A stretch of DNA of 64,000 nucleotides from Camelus ferus (lineage: Eukaryota): assembly GCF_009834535.1 (NCBI RefSeq), contig NC_045727.1, forward strand, positions 10,912,001 through 10,976,000, written 5' to 3'. Below the pieces are notes generated by a model. The model searched no databases. It was given only the letters and a program-made list of their open reading frames with translations, and was not told where the DNA came from. A program made the position numbers and the translations under genes. Below, one piece after another: positions 1-12,240 of the stretch (positions within the stretch are counted from its first letter, which is position 1; every line of letters begins with the position of its first letter).

Positions 1-3000
1 AGCAGAGTTAATGAGTAATTCCAGAGCATGGGGATCATGCCTGCAGGCCATCCGTGTGCCTGGGAGGGGCTGCTGAATCCAGAGAGGGCGGGTGGGGTGG
101 GATGGCTGCCCACCCCAAAACATGATGGAGTGCAAGCTGGCTGAAGGGCAGAGCAGCTGGAAGGCCAATTTTAGGAAAGAAGAAACTGAGCAGGAGGGGC
201 CCTGCCCCCAAGGGGGCACCCTCTGACCAAAGAACCGTGATGGAGGGGATGCAGCCAAAGGGTTCCCCCAGGCCAGGGTCAATGTCCTGAACGCCCAGGC
301 AGGTGGCACAGCCCGTCAGGTGGTCAGTTACTCGAGGATCTAGTTAAGGGGAGTTTACCTGCAGGCTCAGGACACAATAGGGTGCAGCACCCTGTAGCTG
401 GGTATCAGAGGCCAGGGCTCTTGAGAGCAGGGAACCCTCCAAATATAGGCATTCCCTCCCAGCACAGACCCATGGCTGACCCCACTCATTACTGGGACTG
501 GGACTGGCAGAGCTGAGCCAGGAGGCTGGCTGGACCTGTGGGGCTGACTGGGGAGTCAGTGGTGTCACTGTGGCCCCAGGAGCCCTCCATGCCCAGGTTC
601 CTGGAGCCGGCTCCACCTGGCCACATACTTGGTTTCATGAGAACTGAGCTGGCCCCTGAGGGTTCTACCTTAGGTGGAACCCCTGATCTCCTGCACACCC
701 CCACCCAGCCTCCAAATCCAACCTCCAAGGGGTGAGACAGGGAAAGAGGGTGTGCCTGAAAGGTAGAATGAGCTTCAAATGGGCCTCAGAGGTATCTCAA
801 CTCCATCTGTTGTGACCCCCCCCCACCGTGGTGTGCTTAGGAACACAGATTTCACATAAGGACTCTGAAACTGATCAGCTCACCTTACATTTGGAAGATG
901 CACATTGGCAGAGGGTGAGGGGGACAGGTCGCTGAGGGGCAGAGGGGGACAAATGGGCTGGTGGCAGGGTCCTCCAGCTGGAGGACCAAGGTGAGCCTTG
1001 GAAAAGGCTAGAGGAGCCGTGACCACTTCATGCTGGTTTACGACAGTGGCTCTTGCTTCCTTAAGTCCCTCTTGCTCTTGGGGAGTGAGAAGGAAACAAG
1101 GTTTCTCATGAGAAGTGATGGGGGAGGGCAGGGGGAGGGCTGGCAAGGTGCTGAGCAGAGGCCCCTGGGCAGAAGTGGCCGGCGCCAGGACAGGCTCAGT
1201 GACCCTTGCTCCAGAACTATCCAGACTCTCCGAACACTGCCCATCTGCCCACTCCATAGCCTCCTTTGCCCTCTGGCCAGTTGGGCTTCCATCCTCCATC
1301 CCGTCCTGGGCAGGCCTGCACAGGCTTTGGGCCTCCAGGTCACCTGGTCAGTTGGGGAGGGGCCTGGTGCAGGCATCTGCTCCTTCCCAGCTGCTCACCT
1401 CGCTGGACATGCGTGGCCTCTCCCTGCCCCTGCTTAAAGCCCTCAGGTCCTCAGGGCCCCTGGGGGAAGCAAGCTGGGCCCACAACCACCTGCCAAGCTA
1501 TGGACCCCTGCCACCTCTGTCCTCATCAGCTTTCTTGGTCTTCCTTTGGATCCTGACTCTGGCCCAAGCACTCTGAACACATGATCTGCTCAAAACAACC
1601 CTCCTGCCCCCAACCCTGCCACAGATGAGGGAACTGAGGCTCAGAGAGGCCTCCCAAGTGTCTACTGGCAAGCAAGGGTTCAGACCCAGTTGGCTGCTCC
1701 GTGGCCCTGCCACCTGCAGCCTGTCAGGCGCTACGTTTCTTTATTCAGTCACTGACACCTCCTGTGACCCCAGGGAAACTGGGATTTGCAGGACTGCAGG
1801 AGTGAAGTGGAGTCTTTCCTGCAGCTGGGTGTCAGACGTGTCTGGCCCATGTCGGCCCCAGGTCCCTTGGAGGGATGGCCCCTATGGGTATGCGGGGGCT
1901 CCCTAGGGTGCTCTGAGGAGAGAGGAGAGAGAACAGGGCTGGGTGGGGCCTGAATCCCAGGTCTGCTGGGTCAAAGAGACATTTCCTGACTTCCAGCTTG
2001 CCCAGACCCTGGGGCTCAGGGCCTGAGCAGACAGGTGTGGGCCCAGGTGGGCAGTCCCTGGGGAGCAGCCCTTAGCACACTCAGGCTGCCCCCTGGTGGC
2101 AGCATGAGAAAGCTCCTGGGGACCTGGAAGCCCTTCCAGGAGAGGGGGCCCTGTCCCCAGTCCCTTCCTTCCCTGCCCCCGACCCCATGCTGCTGGTCTC
2201 TGAGTTTCCCCAGATGTGCAATCACTCATTATTCTCATGCACCTGGACCTCAGCTTTGGCTGTTCCTGCTGCCTAGGATGCCCCCGTCCTCACCTACCCA
2301 TCCCCTGTGATCAGGAGAGCCTTCCTCTTCTGCTTGGGGTCCATGTCTGACTCTGTTCCAGGGATGGGGCAGCCCAGGGTGTGACGTGAGCATTCGGAGC
2401 CTGCCCAGGGGCCACACATGGAGGATGGTCAAAAACTACTCTCTCCTTCATTCAGCTTGTATTTACTGAGGATCTACTATGTGCGGGGCAATGAACAAGC
2501 CAGAAAGGTCCCTTCCTTCATGTGGCTTACATCACCTGGCAGGGGGCGATGTGGCTGTGCGGTGGGACATGGAACAAAGGAAAACCAGAGGTAACATACC
2601 AAGGGTGGGTGATGGCTACAGAGAAAAATAAAGCCAAGTGAAGGCTGGAGTGAAGGGTGGGGGTACACACTCATGGCCATGACACAAACTTCTGTGCAGA
2701 TTTTGGGAAAAGGTGAGCCATCTGGGCTTATGGTCAGGGAAGGAGGTTAAGTAAAAAGGGATGGAACAATGAAGCTAGCATAATTCTTGCTGGGTTCTGT
2801 TTGTGGTTCCCATGGAATGACAGCTCCTGTATTCAATTTGGAAAGTGCTGGATTCAGTTTCTATTCTCTTGCTAAATTCTTTGCCCTTCCAGTGCATGGA
2901 AACCATACTGGTGTCCACCCGTAGACTATGAGCAGCCCACCGAGCCTCCCTCACAAGTTGGAGCCCAGGAACTCCTAGCAGTTTTCTTATTCCTCATCAT

Positions 3001-3044
3001 CCTCTGATGGTTTGAAAAACCATGAAAGCTGAGAAGAGCTGTGA

Positions 3045-3493
3045 GAATACCCACATTCACAGCAGCTTGATTCACAATTGCCAAAAAAGTGGAAGTAACC
3101 TAAGTGTCCATGGACGGATGAATGGATAAAAAAATGTAGTCCATCTGTATTGAGCTGTAAAGAAGGAAAGAAACTGATACTGGCTACAACATGGATAGAA
3201 CTTGAGGACGTTATGCTGGGAAAAATAAGCCAGACACCAAAATTCACTGTGCAAGTTCACTTTGGTGAAGTCCCTAGGGTAGTCCAATTGGTCCAGACAG
3301 AAAGTAGGGGCTGAGGGAGGGGGAAGGGGAGCAGTTGGGTAACAGGGTAGAGTTTCAGTTTTGCAAGATGAAAAGAGTCCTGGTGATATGTTGCACAACA
3401 GTCTGAATGTGCTTAATGCATGTGAACTGTACCCTTAAAAAATGGTTGAGATAGCAAATTTTATGGTACATATATTTTATCACAATTTTAAAG
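3045..3493 (+). mobile_element. Old L1 (L1MB-like) 3' fragment (copy B ~33362-33809)
   Basis: Typical L1M 3' motifs: ttcacaattgccaaaaaagtggaagtaacctaagtgtcca; gctacaacatggatagaacttgaggacgttatgct; agagtttcagttttgcaagatgaaaagagt; actgtacccttaaaaaatggtt. Confidence 0.85.
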
Positions 3494-4450
3494 AAGAGAA
3501 ACTGAGAGCCAGTCTGGGTTTTCTCCTCAAGCCAGCTGAGGAGCCTCTGAGCCTGACTTCTCACTGTGAGATGTGGTGGTTGCATGCGAGAGAGGACCAG
3601 AGTGGCCCTGGGTGGACGCCTTCCTCCCTAGTCGTGGCCCGCAGCTTTCGCTCACAAGTGGTCAGTGTGTGTGCACACCACACTGGTTCCAGTGTTGAGG
3701 ATAAGGCAGCAGTGAATGTGTCAGGCTGAGGGACCCCCTGGGCCTGCCCTTCCCTTTTCCCATCTCTAGCCCTGGGGACAGGGTGGTGGAACATTCTAGA
3801 TCTGATCCACCAAATCCCCAGAGAACCTGCCTGTGGTTCCAATTCTTCCAGCCAGGATGCCCTGGTTGGTTCCTCCTGTCCCCCAGGAAGGTGGTGCCCT
3901 TCCTCTGATAGCAGCGGGGACGTGGGGAAAAGTGGGAGCATCAAGCAGAAGTAGAGAAGAATGAAGACCACCCTTGGTCCCCGCCCTCCAGAGAGGGCAT
4001 CCCGGAGGACCATGGGAGGAAGTGGCTCTGCAGTGGTGTGACCTGAAACCAGGGGACCCTCTGGCTTCAGGGGTTCTTCTGTAAATGGGGTGAATGTGGA
4101 CATGCCCTCCCAGGGAGGCCCCTCAGAAGTGAGAAGCCCTGGGGAAAGGGGGCCGTTACTAATGTGGGGAGTGGGGCCCCCAGCTGGGGGGCTCTGACCC
4201 CACCCTCCACAAAGGGCTGAGCCCTGGCGCACAGCCCACCTGTAGTGATGCCCGGCTTCTCAGCTCTGACTCTCTGCTGGACCCTCAGACACTGAGCTGA
4301 GCCCCCTAAAGATCATGACCCCCAACCTCCATCGGGAACATGTGTCTGCAGCCCTCGAGGGCCCTGCACAGACAGTGAGGAGAGGCAGGCTTGTTTCCCT
4401 GCTTGCACTTTTGCTTCTAAAATATTCTTTTTCTTTTTTTCCATGAACAT

Positions 4451-4456
4451 TTTAAT
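4451..4456 (-). terminator. Putative RIMBP3 polyadenylation signal ATTAAA (copy B 34764-34769)
   Basis: TTTAAT on the plus strand, ~230 nt past the stop codon. I saw no AATAAA closer to the stop. Confidence 0.45.
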
Positions 4457-4686
4457 GAGGAGTTGAACATAAGATAGAAAAATAACATTCAGGTCACTTT
4501 TTTTCTTTTTAAGAGGCGGCTTTTCTTGAGATGTTCATACAAGGCAATGGGTGAATAAGGCTAAACTCCTAAGGAGAACGCCTACTGACAGATTGCAGAG
4601 AGAGGCACTTCTCCAAACACCCGCCACGGAGACCGGCCTGCCCACCTCTCAGGGGGCTGCTGGCTTTCTTTTGGAAGCAACTCAGT

Positions 4687-7600
4687 TTAGACTTCTGCCC
4701 TGCTGCTCTGGAGACCAGGGGAGGCCTGGGCTGCCGTCAGTTCTGCAGGGGGCCTCGTGGAGCATGAGCTGCTCATGGAAGTGGGGAGGGTGCTGGTGGT
4801 GGTCCCTGTGGGCGAGGGTGGCCAGAGGTCCCTGCCCTGGCAGGGAGCTATGCTCACTCTGTGGAGGGACACGTGGTCCAGCAGGTGAGCTGGGACCAGG
4901 CCTCTGTGGCCACCTGACTCTCCATAGTAGAATCCCTTGTCATCCACAGGCCCATAGACTGTGACCACATCCCCCACCCTCAGGGACAGTTTGCCCTTCA
5001 CCGAGCCCCCTGCCTGCCCGTTCCTGGGGTCATAGTCCAGAGCCGCCATCATGGTGGTTGGGGTCCACGGGGAGGGCCTCCTGGAGCTCCCCAGGGGCAT
5101 GGGGAAGGAGCCCAGGGGGCTGGTGAGTCCCTCAAAGTCGTCAATGCGGGCCCCAGAGGGCAGAGGCCCTTGTCCCGGCAAATGCCACCTCCTGCCAGTC
5201 CACTCTGTGCCCACCTCAGCCTCGGCCACCAAGTGCTCAGGGCTATTGCCCACTTGCCCATCATGCTCGCCCCACACTTTCAATAACTGCCCTTTCTGGA
5301 AAGCCAGCTCCTCCTCTGCAGCCTCAGGGCTGGCAGACATCTCCAGGGGGTCATAATCAGAGAGGGCCACCAAGACCCTGGCTGGGGAGTCCACCCTCGT
5401 TCCCAGTGCAGGGGGGTCAGCCCTGGACATCCTGATGGCTTTGCTGGATGGAGCAGAATACAGCGCCAAGCTGGGCTCTCGGAGCCAGCACTCTCTCTTG
5501 CCCCCCAGAGCCTGACCTCGCCCACTCTGGCTCCTAAGCTCCTTCCTCTGCTCTTGCCCCTCTGTGGCCCACAGACACAAGTGCCCAACTTCCTCATGCA
5601 AAATGTCACAGAAGTCAGACACGTATCGTTGGCTGGCACCCAGTGGGGCAGGGGCAGACACAGGGGCATCTTGCTTTTGTCTGAGGACCTTCTCATGGAC
5701 AGTCTTCTTCTGACATGGCTCCTTCCGGGGCCCACACTCAGGAGACAGACGGGTGCCTCCCAGAGCAGGGCTCGGGCTGGTGCCTGTGTGTTGGTAGCAG
5801 TTTTCTCCCCAAGCCTGGCCTCTGGGCAGGGGCAGCCTGTGGTTCTGGGGATTCTTCTGAAAGAGCAGGTCCTTCATGCAGAGCTCCTGGGGCTCTGTGG
5901 GCCCCTGGGCTTGGCTGCCCAACCCTGCACTTGGACATTGTCCCTCTGATCTCAGTTTGGGCATCGGGGACTGCCTCCTTGGGGGTTCTTCAGGAAATGC
6001 TTCTGGGAACTGGGCCTGGGGCTCCCCGCAGCTTCCAGAGGTGTGGGGGCTGAACTTGGCACTCAGGGGAGCCAGCGCCAGCCTCTGAGGCCAGATGGGG
6101 AAGGTGACTCTGCAGGTGGATGGGTCCCCACAGGTGTAGCTAAAGGGAGAAGTCTTTGGACATTGGAGACAGGAAAAGCAGTCCTCAGGGATCTGAGCGG
6201 GCACTGAATCCAGGGACTCACCGCAAAGCGACATGGTTCTTACTGAAATCTTCTGACACATCAGGGGCAGCTGAAGCTGGGAAAATTCCAACAGGGTGCT
6301 CCCAGCAGTGCCATCGGTGACCTCTGCGACCTTGAGCCCATCGGCATACACAGCATAGCCAGTGACCTGGACGCCGTTGGAGGACCCCGCTGAATCGATG
6401 GTCACAGGGAGCCAGCTCACCACCAGGAGGCCTGGGGAGGTGTGGCGCTCCACCAGCACATCCAGTGGTGGGTCAGGGGGTCCTGCCAAGGGAGTGTTGA
6501 AGGTGATGGTGGAGGACATTTTTTCCCAGCGCACTTGCAGCGAGTTCCACAGTGGGCGCACCTCCACTCGCGCCTGGTACCTCGTGCCAGGATGCAGGTG
6601 GTGGAAGGTGTAGCAGCTCACACCCGCTGGGGTCTGGGTGCACTCCACATCACCAAGGTACACCATGTGGGGGTAGCTGCTGCCACCCCAGGTGATCTCG
6701 GCCGATGTGGCTGCAATACTTCTCAGACAAAGTTGTGTGGGGGCCACACAAAGGATCTGGTTGGCTCCCAGAAGAGGTTTGGAGAAGCCTTGTTCGTCCA
6801 CACTCTGCCAAGAGCCCAGCCAGCAGTCTTCCGTCTTGGCATCTGAGCTCTCTCTTGCCACTCCTGTCTCAGAGCCCACCCACACTATCTGGCATGGCCC
6901 CCTGTCCACTGTCCCCTGCGCTTTCCCAGGTAATAGGCTGTGACCACTGTCATCTTTGGAAGCTTTGCCCTGCCTGGCTGGGAGTCGAGTGGGGCCATGG
7001 TCAGGGGACTCAGGGGGCAGGCAGCCCAGGATGTCGCTGTCTGGAATCTGCTCCACCAGGTGGGATGGCACCAGCCCCTGCCGGCCGTCCTCCAGCTCCC
7101 CTTCATAGAAGCCATCCTCATCCATGTCCCCAAAGATAAATACATAATCCCCAGCCGTGAGGGGCAGCTCACTTTCAGGGTACTCATTGGGCCCCTCAAA
7201 TGGGTTGTAGCTATACCGAGCCAGGAAGACTTTGAGCTTGGGAGTGGCAGGGGCCTCTGAGCCCCCCACTTCCAGGGTCAAGGGCACACTATCTGGCTCC
7301 AGGTCCTCCACCTCGCTGGCTGTGTCCACATCTAGAGTGGGGCAAGATGGCACAGTGGCCCACATGGACTCCACCTCAGAGGTGGAGTTCGACTGGGAGC
7401 TGGTTTTCTTGGTGTAGGGGCTGGAGTCCAGAGGTTGGCTGGTTGGACCTCTGTCTGGCACTTGGGGGGCACTGGCTGGCTCCCTGAGGGCAAATGGGTT
7501 CTCCTGCAGGGAGTCTCCCTTCTTCTCTTGTTTGTCCCTGCTGGGCTGGGATGATGCTTGGTCTTCAGGCTCTGGCTGAAACTTGGTTCTTTCCCAACTT

Positions 7601-9711
7601 TTCACTTGGGATTCTGGGGCCTGGGGGCCCCCCTGGAGTTCCTGGGGAAGGTGACCAGGATGACACTGCAGTGCCCGCATCTCCTCCCGGGCAGCCTGGA
7701 GATCACACAGGGCCTTCTGCAGATCGTGCTGCAGCTGTTGCTGCCTGTCCTGCCCTTGAGCCGCCTGCTGCAGCAGCTGCCCGGCCAGAAGGCCGGCGGC
7801 ATCGCGCTCCTGGCACGCGCGGCCCAGCTGCCCGCGCACATCGTCGTTCTCGGCCGCCACCTTCCGCGTCCAGTCGGCCTGGGCCTGCAGCCGTGCGTTC
7901 TCCGTGGCCAGCCGGGAGCCCTGGCGGAGCGCCGCCTGCAGCTGTGCCTCGGCCTCTTCGCCGCGTCTCTGCGCTGCCGCCGCCTGCGCGCCCAGCTCCT
8001 CGCACTCTCGCCGCCGCGCACCCAGCTCCAGCTCCAGCGCCTGCACTTGGCGCCGCGCCTCCTCGCGGGGCGCGCTCTGGCCGCCTGCCTCCTCCCGGGC
8101 GTGGCTGGCGGCCTGCTGCAGTGTTAACTGCCTCTGCAGGCGCAGCACCTCCCGCTGGGACTCGCGCTGCAACCGGTCCAAGTCGCTGACGTTAAGCCAC
8201 AGGGCGCAGGCGGCGCCCCCGCCAGGGAGCTGTGCGCTGCTAAGGCCTGAGGCGACACGCGCCTGCAGCAGGTGGCACTCCTGCCGCAGCTCTTCAATCT
8301 GCTTGTCCTTGGCCAGCAGCGCGCTCGCCTGCTCCGACAAGTCCCGCGCGCGTTGGCGGGCGAGGGCCTGGCACAGCTCCAGGCCAGCAAGGCTATCGCC
8401 GGGCACAGGCGCGCTCATAGCCCGCAGGTTGGTTTCCTGCAGCTTGCGGGCCCGGTCCTCCAGGCGTCGCGCGAGGCCAGTTAGCTCGGCGTGCTTCACC
8501 TTGAGCCGCTTCACCTTCTCGTCCGCCTCGTCGGGGAAGCCAGCGCGCCGCAGCTTCAGGTTCTCTTCGCGGAGGCTAGAGCAGCGGAGGGCCAGCACCT
8601 GCAACGCCTCGGTCAGCTCTGAGTTCTGCTTCACGAGCTCGCCATAGTCCTGGCCCGGCGACAAAGGAGTCAGGGCTTCGCAGGTCTGGCTCCTGGACTC
8701 TTCCCCTCCTGGTGGGTCGTCAGGTCTCCTGTGCTCCGATGGTGGCGGCTGCGGGGGGCACAGGGAGCCCAGGATGGAGGCATCTGGCGAGGAGGATTCC
8801 GGGGCCTTGGGGCGACTCAGGGTGCTGTCGAGCGAGCGGGAACTCGCTGGTGCCAAGGAATCGAGGGAGCTGACGCGCACGGGGAGCAGGCTGTCTGGGG
8901 AGCCGGAGCTCGCCGAGGGCACCCGTTCGAGGGAGCGGGAGCGTGCGCGGGTGCCCGCATTCAGGCTGCCGAGGGATTCGAGTCGACGTGCGGACTTTAC
9001 GGCGGTCTCAGGGGACCGCTCTTCCGAAGATTCCACCGCCTGGGGGTCGGGGACGCCGGACAGAGCGGGGTGCCAGCGGAAGTGCTCCAGGATGTACTTG
9101 AGGAAGAGCTGGCGTTCCACGTCGAGGGCCGCCTGTAGGTGGCGGATGCGCGAGGCCTGCTCGCCGTCCGTCTCCCAGCGGAGCTGCGCCAGCACTTCCT
9201 GCAGGCGACAGCGGCACTGCGCGGCGGCGACTTCGGGCGCCCCCGCGCGGCCGCAGTAGCCGCGGTTCACCAGCTCCTCGGCCAGCTGGCGCTGCAGCTC
9301 CCGGGCCTGGCGCACGACGCCGTCACGCTCGCGGTGCAGCAGCTGCTGCAGCTGCCGCATCTCGGCCTCCTTCCAGCGCAGCAGCTGCCGGATCTCGACC
9401 TCGCGCTCCCGCAGCATTTCCTTCTGCAGCTGCCGCAGCTCCCGGCCGCGCTGGGCCTCCCACTTGGAGCGCAGGTGGTCAACCAGCTGCTGCTGCTCCC
9501 GCTCGGCCGCCTCCCGCAGCTGGCGTGCCTGGGCCGCGAAGCGCCGCCGCTCGGCTCGCCCGCGCACCCGCTCCGCCTCCAGCTCGGCCCGCAGCTTCAC
9601 CAGCTCCCTCCTCTGCTCCTCCAGCACCGCCACCGCCGCCGGGCCCGGAGTAGCCTGCTTCTTGGGTGTCGCGCGGCCCCCGCCCAAAGGGCTGGGCGAG
9701 TCCTTGGTCAT
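4687..9711 (-). CDS. RIMBP3: RIMS-binding protein 3, intronless, intact 1674-aa ORF (copy A)
   Basis: N-terminus [14 protein letters not shown]..., long coiled-coil region, SH3 ([12 protein letters not shown]...[13 protein letters not shown], ~7042-7233), two FN3 domains (~6200-6745), and two C-terminal SH3 domains (ALSDYDP ~5220-5380; ALDYDP...[15 protein letters not shown] ~4870-5058). Single uninterrupted ORF next to UBE2L3, as in human and mouse. Confidence 0.97.
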   Translation of the reverse strand: MTKDSPSPLGGGRATPKKQATPGPAAVAVLEEQRRELVKLRAELEAERVRGRAERRRFAAQARQLREAAEREQQQLVDHLRSKWEAQRGRELRQLQKEMLREREVEIRQLLRWKEAEMRQLQQLLHRERDGVVRQARELQRQLAEELVNRGYCGRAGAPEVAAAQCRCRLQEVLAQLRWETDGEQASRIRHLQAALDVERQLFLKYILEHFRWHPALSGVPDPQAVESSEERSPETAVKSARRLESLGSLNAGTRARSRSLERVPSASSGSPDSLLPVRVSSLDSLAPASSRSLDSTLSRPKAPESSSPDASILGSLCPPQPPPSEHRRPDDPPGGEESRSQTCEALTPLSPGQDYGELVKQNSELTEALQVLALRCSSLREENLKLRRAGFPDEADEKVKRLKVKHAELTGLARRLEDRARKLQETNLRAMSAPVPGDSLAGLELCQALARQRARDLSEQASALLAKDKQIEELRQECHLLQARVASGLSSAQLPGGGAACALWLNVSDLDRLQRESQREVLRLQRQLTLQQAASHAREEAGGQSAPREEARRQVQALELELGARRRECEELGAQAAAAQRRGEEAEAQLQAALRQGSRLATENARLQAQADWTRKVAAENDDVRGQLGRACQERDAAGLLAGQLLQQAAQGQDRQQQLQHDLQKALCDLQAAREEMRALQCHPGHLPQELQGGPQAPESQVKSWERTKFQPEPEDQASSQPSRDKQEKKGDSLQENPFALREPASAPQVPDRGPTSQPLDSSPYTKKTSSQSNSTSEVESMWATVPSCPTLDVDTASEVEDLEPDSVPLTLEVGGSEAPATPKLKVFLARYSYNPFEGPNEYPESELPLTAGDYVFIFGDMDEDGFYEGELEDGRQGLVPSHLVEQIPDSDILGCLPPESPDHGPTRLPARQGKASKDDSGHSLLPGKAQGTVDRGPCQIVWVGSETGVARESSDAKTEDCWLGSWQSVDEQGFSKPLLGANQILCVAPTQLCLRSIAATSAEITWGGSSYPHMVYLGDVECTQTPAGVSCYTFHHLHPGTRYQARVEVRPLWNSLQVRWEKMSSTITFNTPLAGPPDPPLDVLVERHTSPGLLVVSWLPVTIDSAGSSNGVQVTGYAVYADGLKVAEVTDGTAGSTLLEFSQLQLPLMCQKISVRTMSLCGESLDSVPAQIPEDCFSCLQCPKTSPFSYTCGDPSTCRVTFPIWPQRLALAPLSAKFSPHTSGSCGEPQAQFPEAFPEEPPRRQSPMPKLRSEGQCPSAGLGSQAQGPTEPQELCMKDLLFQKNPQNHRLPLPRGQAWGENCYQHTGTSPSPALGGTRLSPECGPRKEPCQKKTVHEKVLRQKQDAPVSAPAPLGASQRYVSDFCDILHEEVGHLCLWATEGQEQRKELRSQSGRGQALGGKRECWLREPSLALYSAPSSKAIRMSRADPPALGTRVDSPARVLVALSDYDPLEMSASPEAAEEELAFQKGQLLKVWGEHDGQVGNSPEHLVAEAEVGTEWTGRRWHLPGQGPLPSGARIDDFEGLTSPLGSFPMPLGSSRRPSPWTPTTMMAALDYDPRNGQAGGSVKGKLSLRVGDVVTVYGPVDDKGFYYGESGGHRGLVPAHLLDHVSLHRVSIAPCQGRDLWPPSPTGTTTSTLPTSMSSSCSTRPPAELTAAQASPGLQSSRAEV

Positions 9712-9900
9712 GGTGGCCGCGGCCTGGCCAGACGCCTGACCTCGCCTGGCCCAGGCCGCCGCTCGCCAACGGCCGCCGCCCCGGCCGCGGCCAACCGCCC
9801 CGCGCGCCCCTTCCGGCGCCCCTGAGGGTCTCCGCGAGCTCCTTCCGCCTCTGGGCGCGTTCCCCCACCCCCTGCGGTGGGAACACTAGCACGCACTCCT
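7700..9900. promoter_or_regulatory. CpG island covering the RIMBP3 promoter and 5' half of its CDS (copy B at ~38010-40200)
   Basis: Dense CG dinucleotides from ~7.7 to 9.9 kb that drop off sharply in the 3' half of the ORF. Confidence 0.8.
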
Positions 9901-12220
9901 CTCTCGGCTGCCTGCGTAGGGGCTGGACTCTACACACCCCTGCTCAACACAGCGCTTGCCCTTCCCAGGATGCCCAGGGGTGTCTCTGACCCCAGGCGTC
10001 TCCCTGTTCCTGGTACCATGTCCCTTGTGACCCAGGTACCACATGACCCCTTCCAGGACAACAGCTCATGGGAAGCCTGAGCAGCTTCTCTGGGCCTGGA
10101 GAAAAGGGCTTACTTAGCATGTGAGTCAAGATCACCAATGCGGAGTGAGCAGACCCCACCTGGCCAGGATACGGATTCAGGTGGTGTGGTGACTAGAAAC
10201 CACAATAAGATATGCCCAAACTTGGGGGTGAACCCTGGGCAGGCAGCTGACTGCTGCACCCCCACTGCACCTACCCTGCCAAGGACCCCTTCCAAAGAGT
10301 TGCATGCTTTATATATGATATATATTACCTATAAACCTCCTATGACCATTTGACACAGAAGTCTCCAGCCCATGGCCTGGGCATGGTGCCAACTGAGACA
10401 GGCGAGAAGGGCTCCTTTGAGGACCAGAGGCCTGACCTGTGATTTCTTGGTTCACTTTTACAATCACCCTGCAGGGATGCTCCCCACCATCCTCCCCACG
10501 GTCACATAGCCGAGAAGTAGCGACGTAGGGATGCAAACCTGCAAAATTCTGCCTCCAGATTCCGTGGGCACCCGGACTCCATCCAACCAATCTCAAGGTT
10601 GTAATTGGGAGGACCCCTCCCCAGGCTTTGTCCCAGCGGGGAGCCTCACATTTGACGTCTGCAGAAGGAGAGAGGGTCAAGTGGAACCCCAGGGTGGGGG
10701 CAGCAGGGAGGGAGGTGAGAGGATGGGGCTGATGTGAGGGCCTAGCCTGCCCTTTGGTCTGGCCCAGGAGTGCCTGGGGCTGCCTGCTTTTCCACAAAGT
10801 AAAGCCAGAGGCCCTCATGGGCCCAGCTGGGTCCCTAAACCACCTCCCTGGAGACAGCAGGGCCAGAGAACTTTCCATGGCTCTCCAAGGGGCATTGTGT
10901 CAGATGGTTAGAGCTGGTGGGCCTTGGGGTCAAAGAGTCCTTCAGCTTTTTGAGTCACTCCCATGTTGTCATCTGTAAAATGGGCTAATATGTGGCTCCC
11001 TTCTGTGCTGTGTGACCTCCCAGAGTTCCCTGACCTCTCTGAGCATTCATTTCCTCTGTTTGTAAGGTTTCAAGGAGGTGAGAGTGTCTACGGTGCTCAA
11101 ACAGAGCAAGGCTCCCTGGCAGCTCACTGATTTTAATCTTAGGCCCTCTTTCACAGGTAGGGAAACTGAGGTCTGTAAGGCAGGGATTGGGCTGAGGCTG
11201 GGCAGGGCTGTCATGGTGGAAGCATGCAGGTACTCTCTGTGCTCCCTTGGACTCACTCCCAATGCCTTGTGGCAAGTGGGAAGCCATCCAGGCTCTGCCA
11301 CTTTTTGGCTGAAGGGCCATTGCTGGTGACCTCACCTCTCCCAGCCTCTGCACAGTGGGTGTATTAATACCACCAGCTTCCCAGGGTTGGAGGGACATGA
11401 GGACTCTGTCAGCTGAGGGCTGGGTGTAGAGTAGGAGCTGCAGAGGTATGTGTAAGTTCCCATCTCGCTCTCCAGGGCTTGGCTTGGATCCTCACAAGCT
11501 GCTTCCAGGAGTCTGAAGGATTCTTCTGGCTCAAAGGCCTCTGGGCCTTTGCATGTGCTGTTCCCTCTGCCTTGGATACCAACCTGGCTGGAGACAAAAA
11601 TAACACTGCCCACTGCAGACCTACTAAGTGTGTCTTGTTCGGTGCCAATGCCTGCTATACATGATTTAAACCACCCATTTTCCAGATTAGAAGTCCTAAG
11701 TCCCTTGGGATTAGGGTTCTGCTCAAGGTGACTGGGCTGGCTAGTGGGGTGTGTCCACTCACCTACTACCAATCTTGTCTTCACTTTGGCCTCTATTTAG
11801 CAGTGCCTCCTCCAGAAAGCTTTCCCCAACTCTCCAGGCCAGGCTTGGTCAAGCCAGGACTCTGCAGCTCTGATCACACAACCTGGTGCCTCTCCTTTTA
11901 CAGCAGGGATGTGTCTGATACACATTTGTGTCCCTGCCCAGGGTGGGCTCAGAGGAGGCTCAGAGGCGGGTAAGTGAAAGTCCCTCCCTAGAAAGGAGGG
12001 TTAGGGACTCAGGGCCAGGCAGGGAGGCAGGGCATGAAGGGCATGGCCTCACCTGGTGACATGGCTGGCCAGCCTCCCACAGTCAGGTACCAACTGGCAG
12101 CAAGGGCTGTGTCCTTAGGCTCCAGGCTTCCCACTGGGGTCTTGAGCAGAGGCATCAGGCTGGGCAGGGAGTGAGGCTCAGTCCTCAGCAGAGATGCTGG
12201 AGGGTCCTGAGCTGCAGAGA

Positions 12221-12240
12221 ACACACACACACACACACAC
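12221..12240 (+). repeat. (AC)10 microsatellite (copy B 42533-42552, same length)
   Basis: Direct reading. Confidence 0.95.

Noticed and set aside
3561-4232. 223-aa minus-strand ORF downstream of RIMBP3
   Set aside because: GTG start, no domain or codon signal, and located in GC-rich intergenic DNA.
7494-9825. Several 130-250-aa plus-strand ORFs overlapping RIMBP3
   Set aside because: Shadow ORFs from GC-rich, stop-poor coiled-coil coding sequence. Only the 8227-8427 segment has independent support, and it is reported as a finding.
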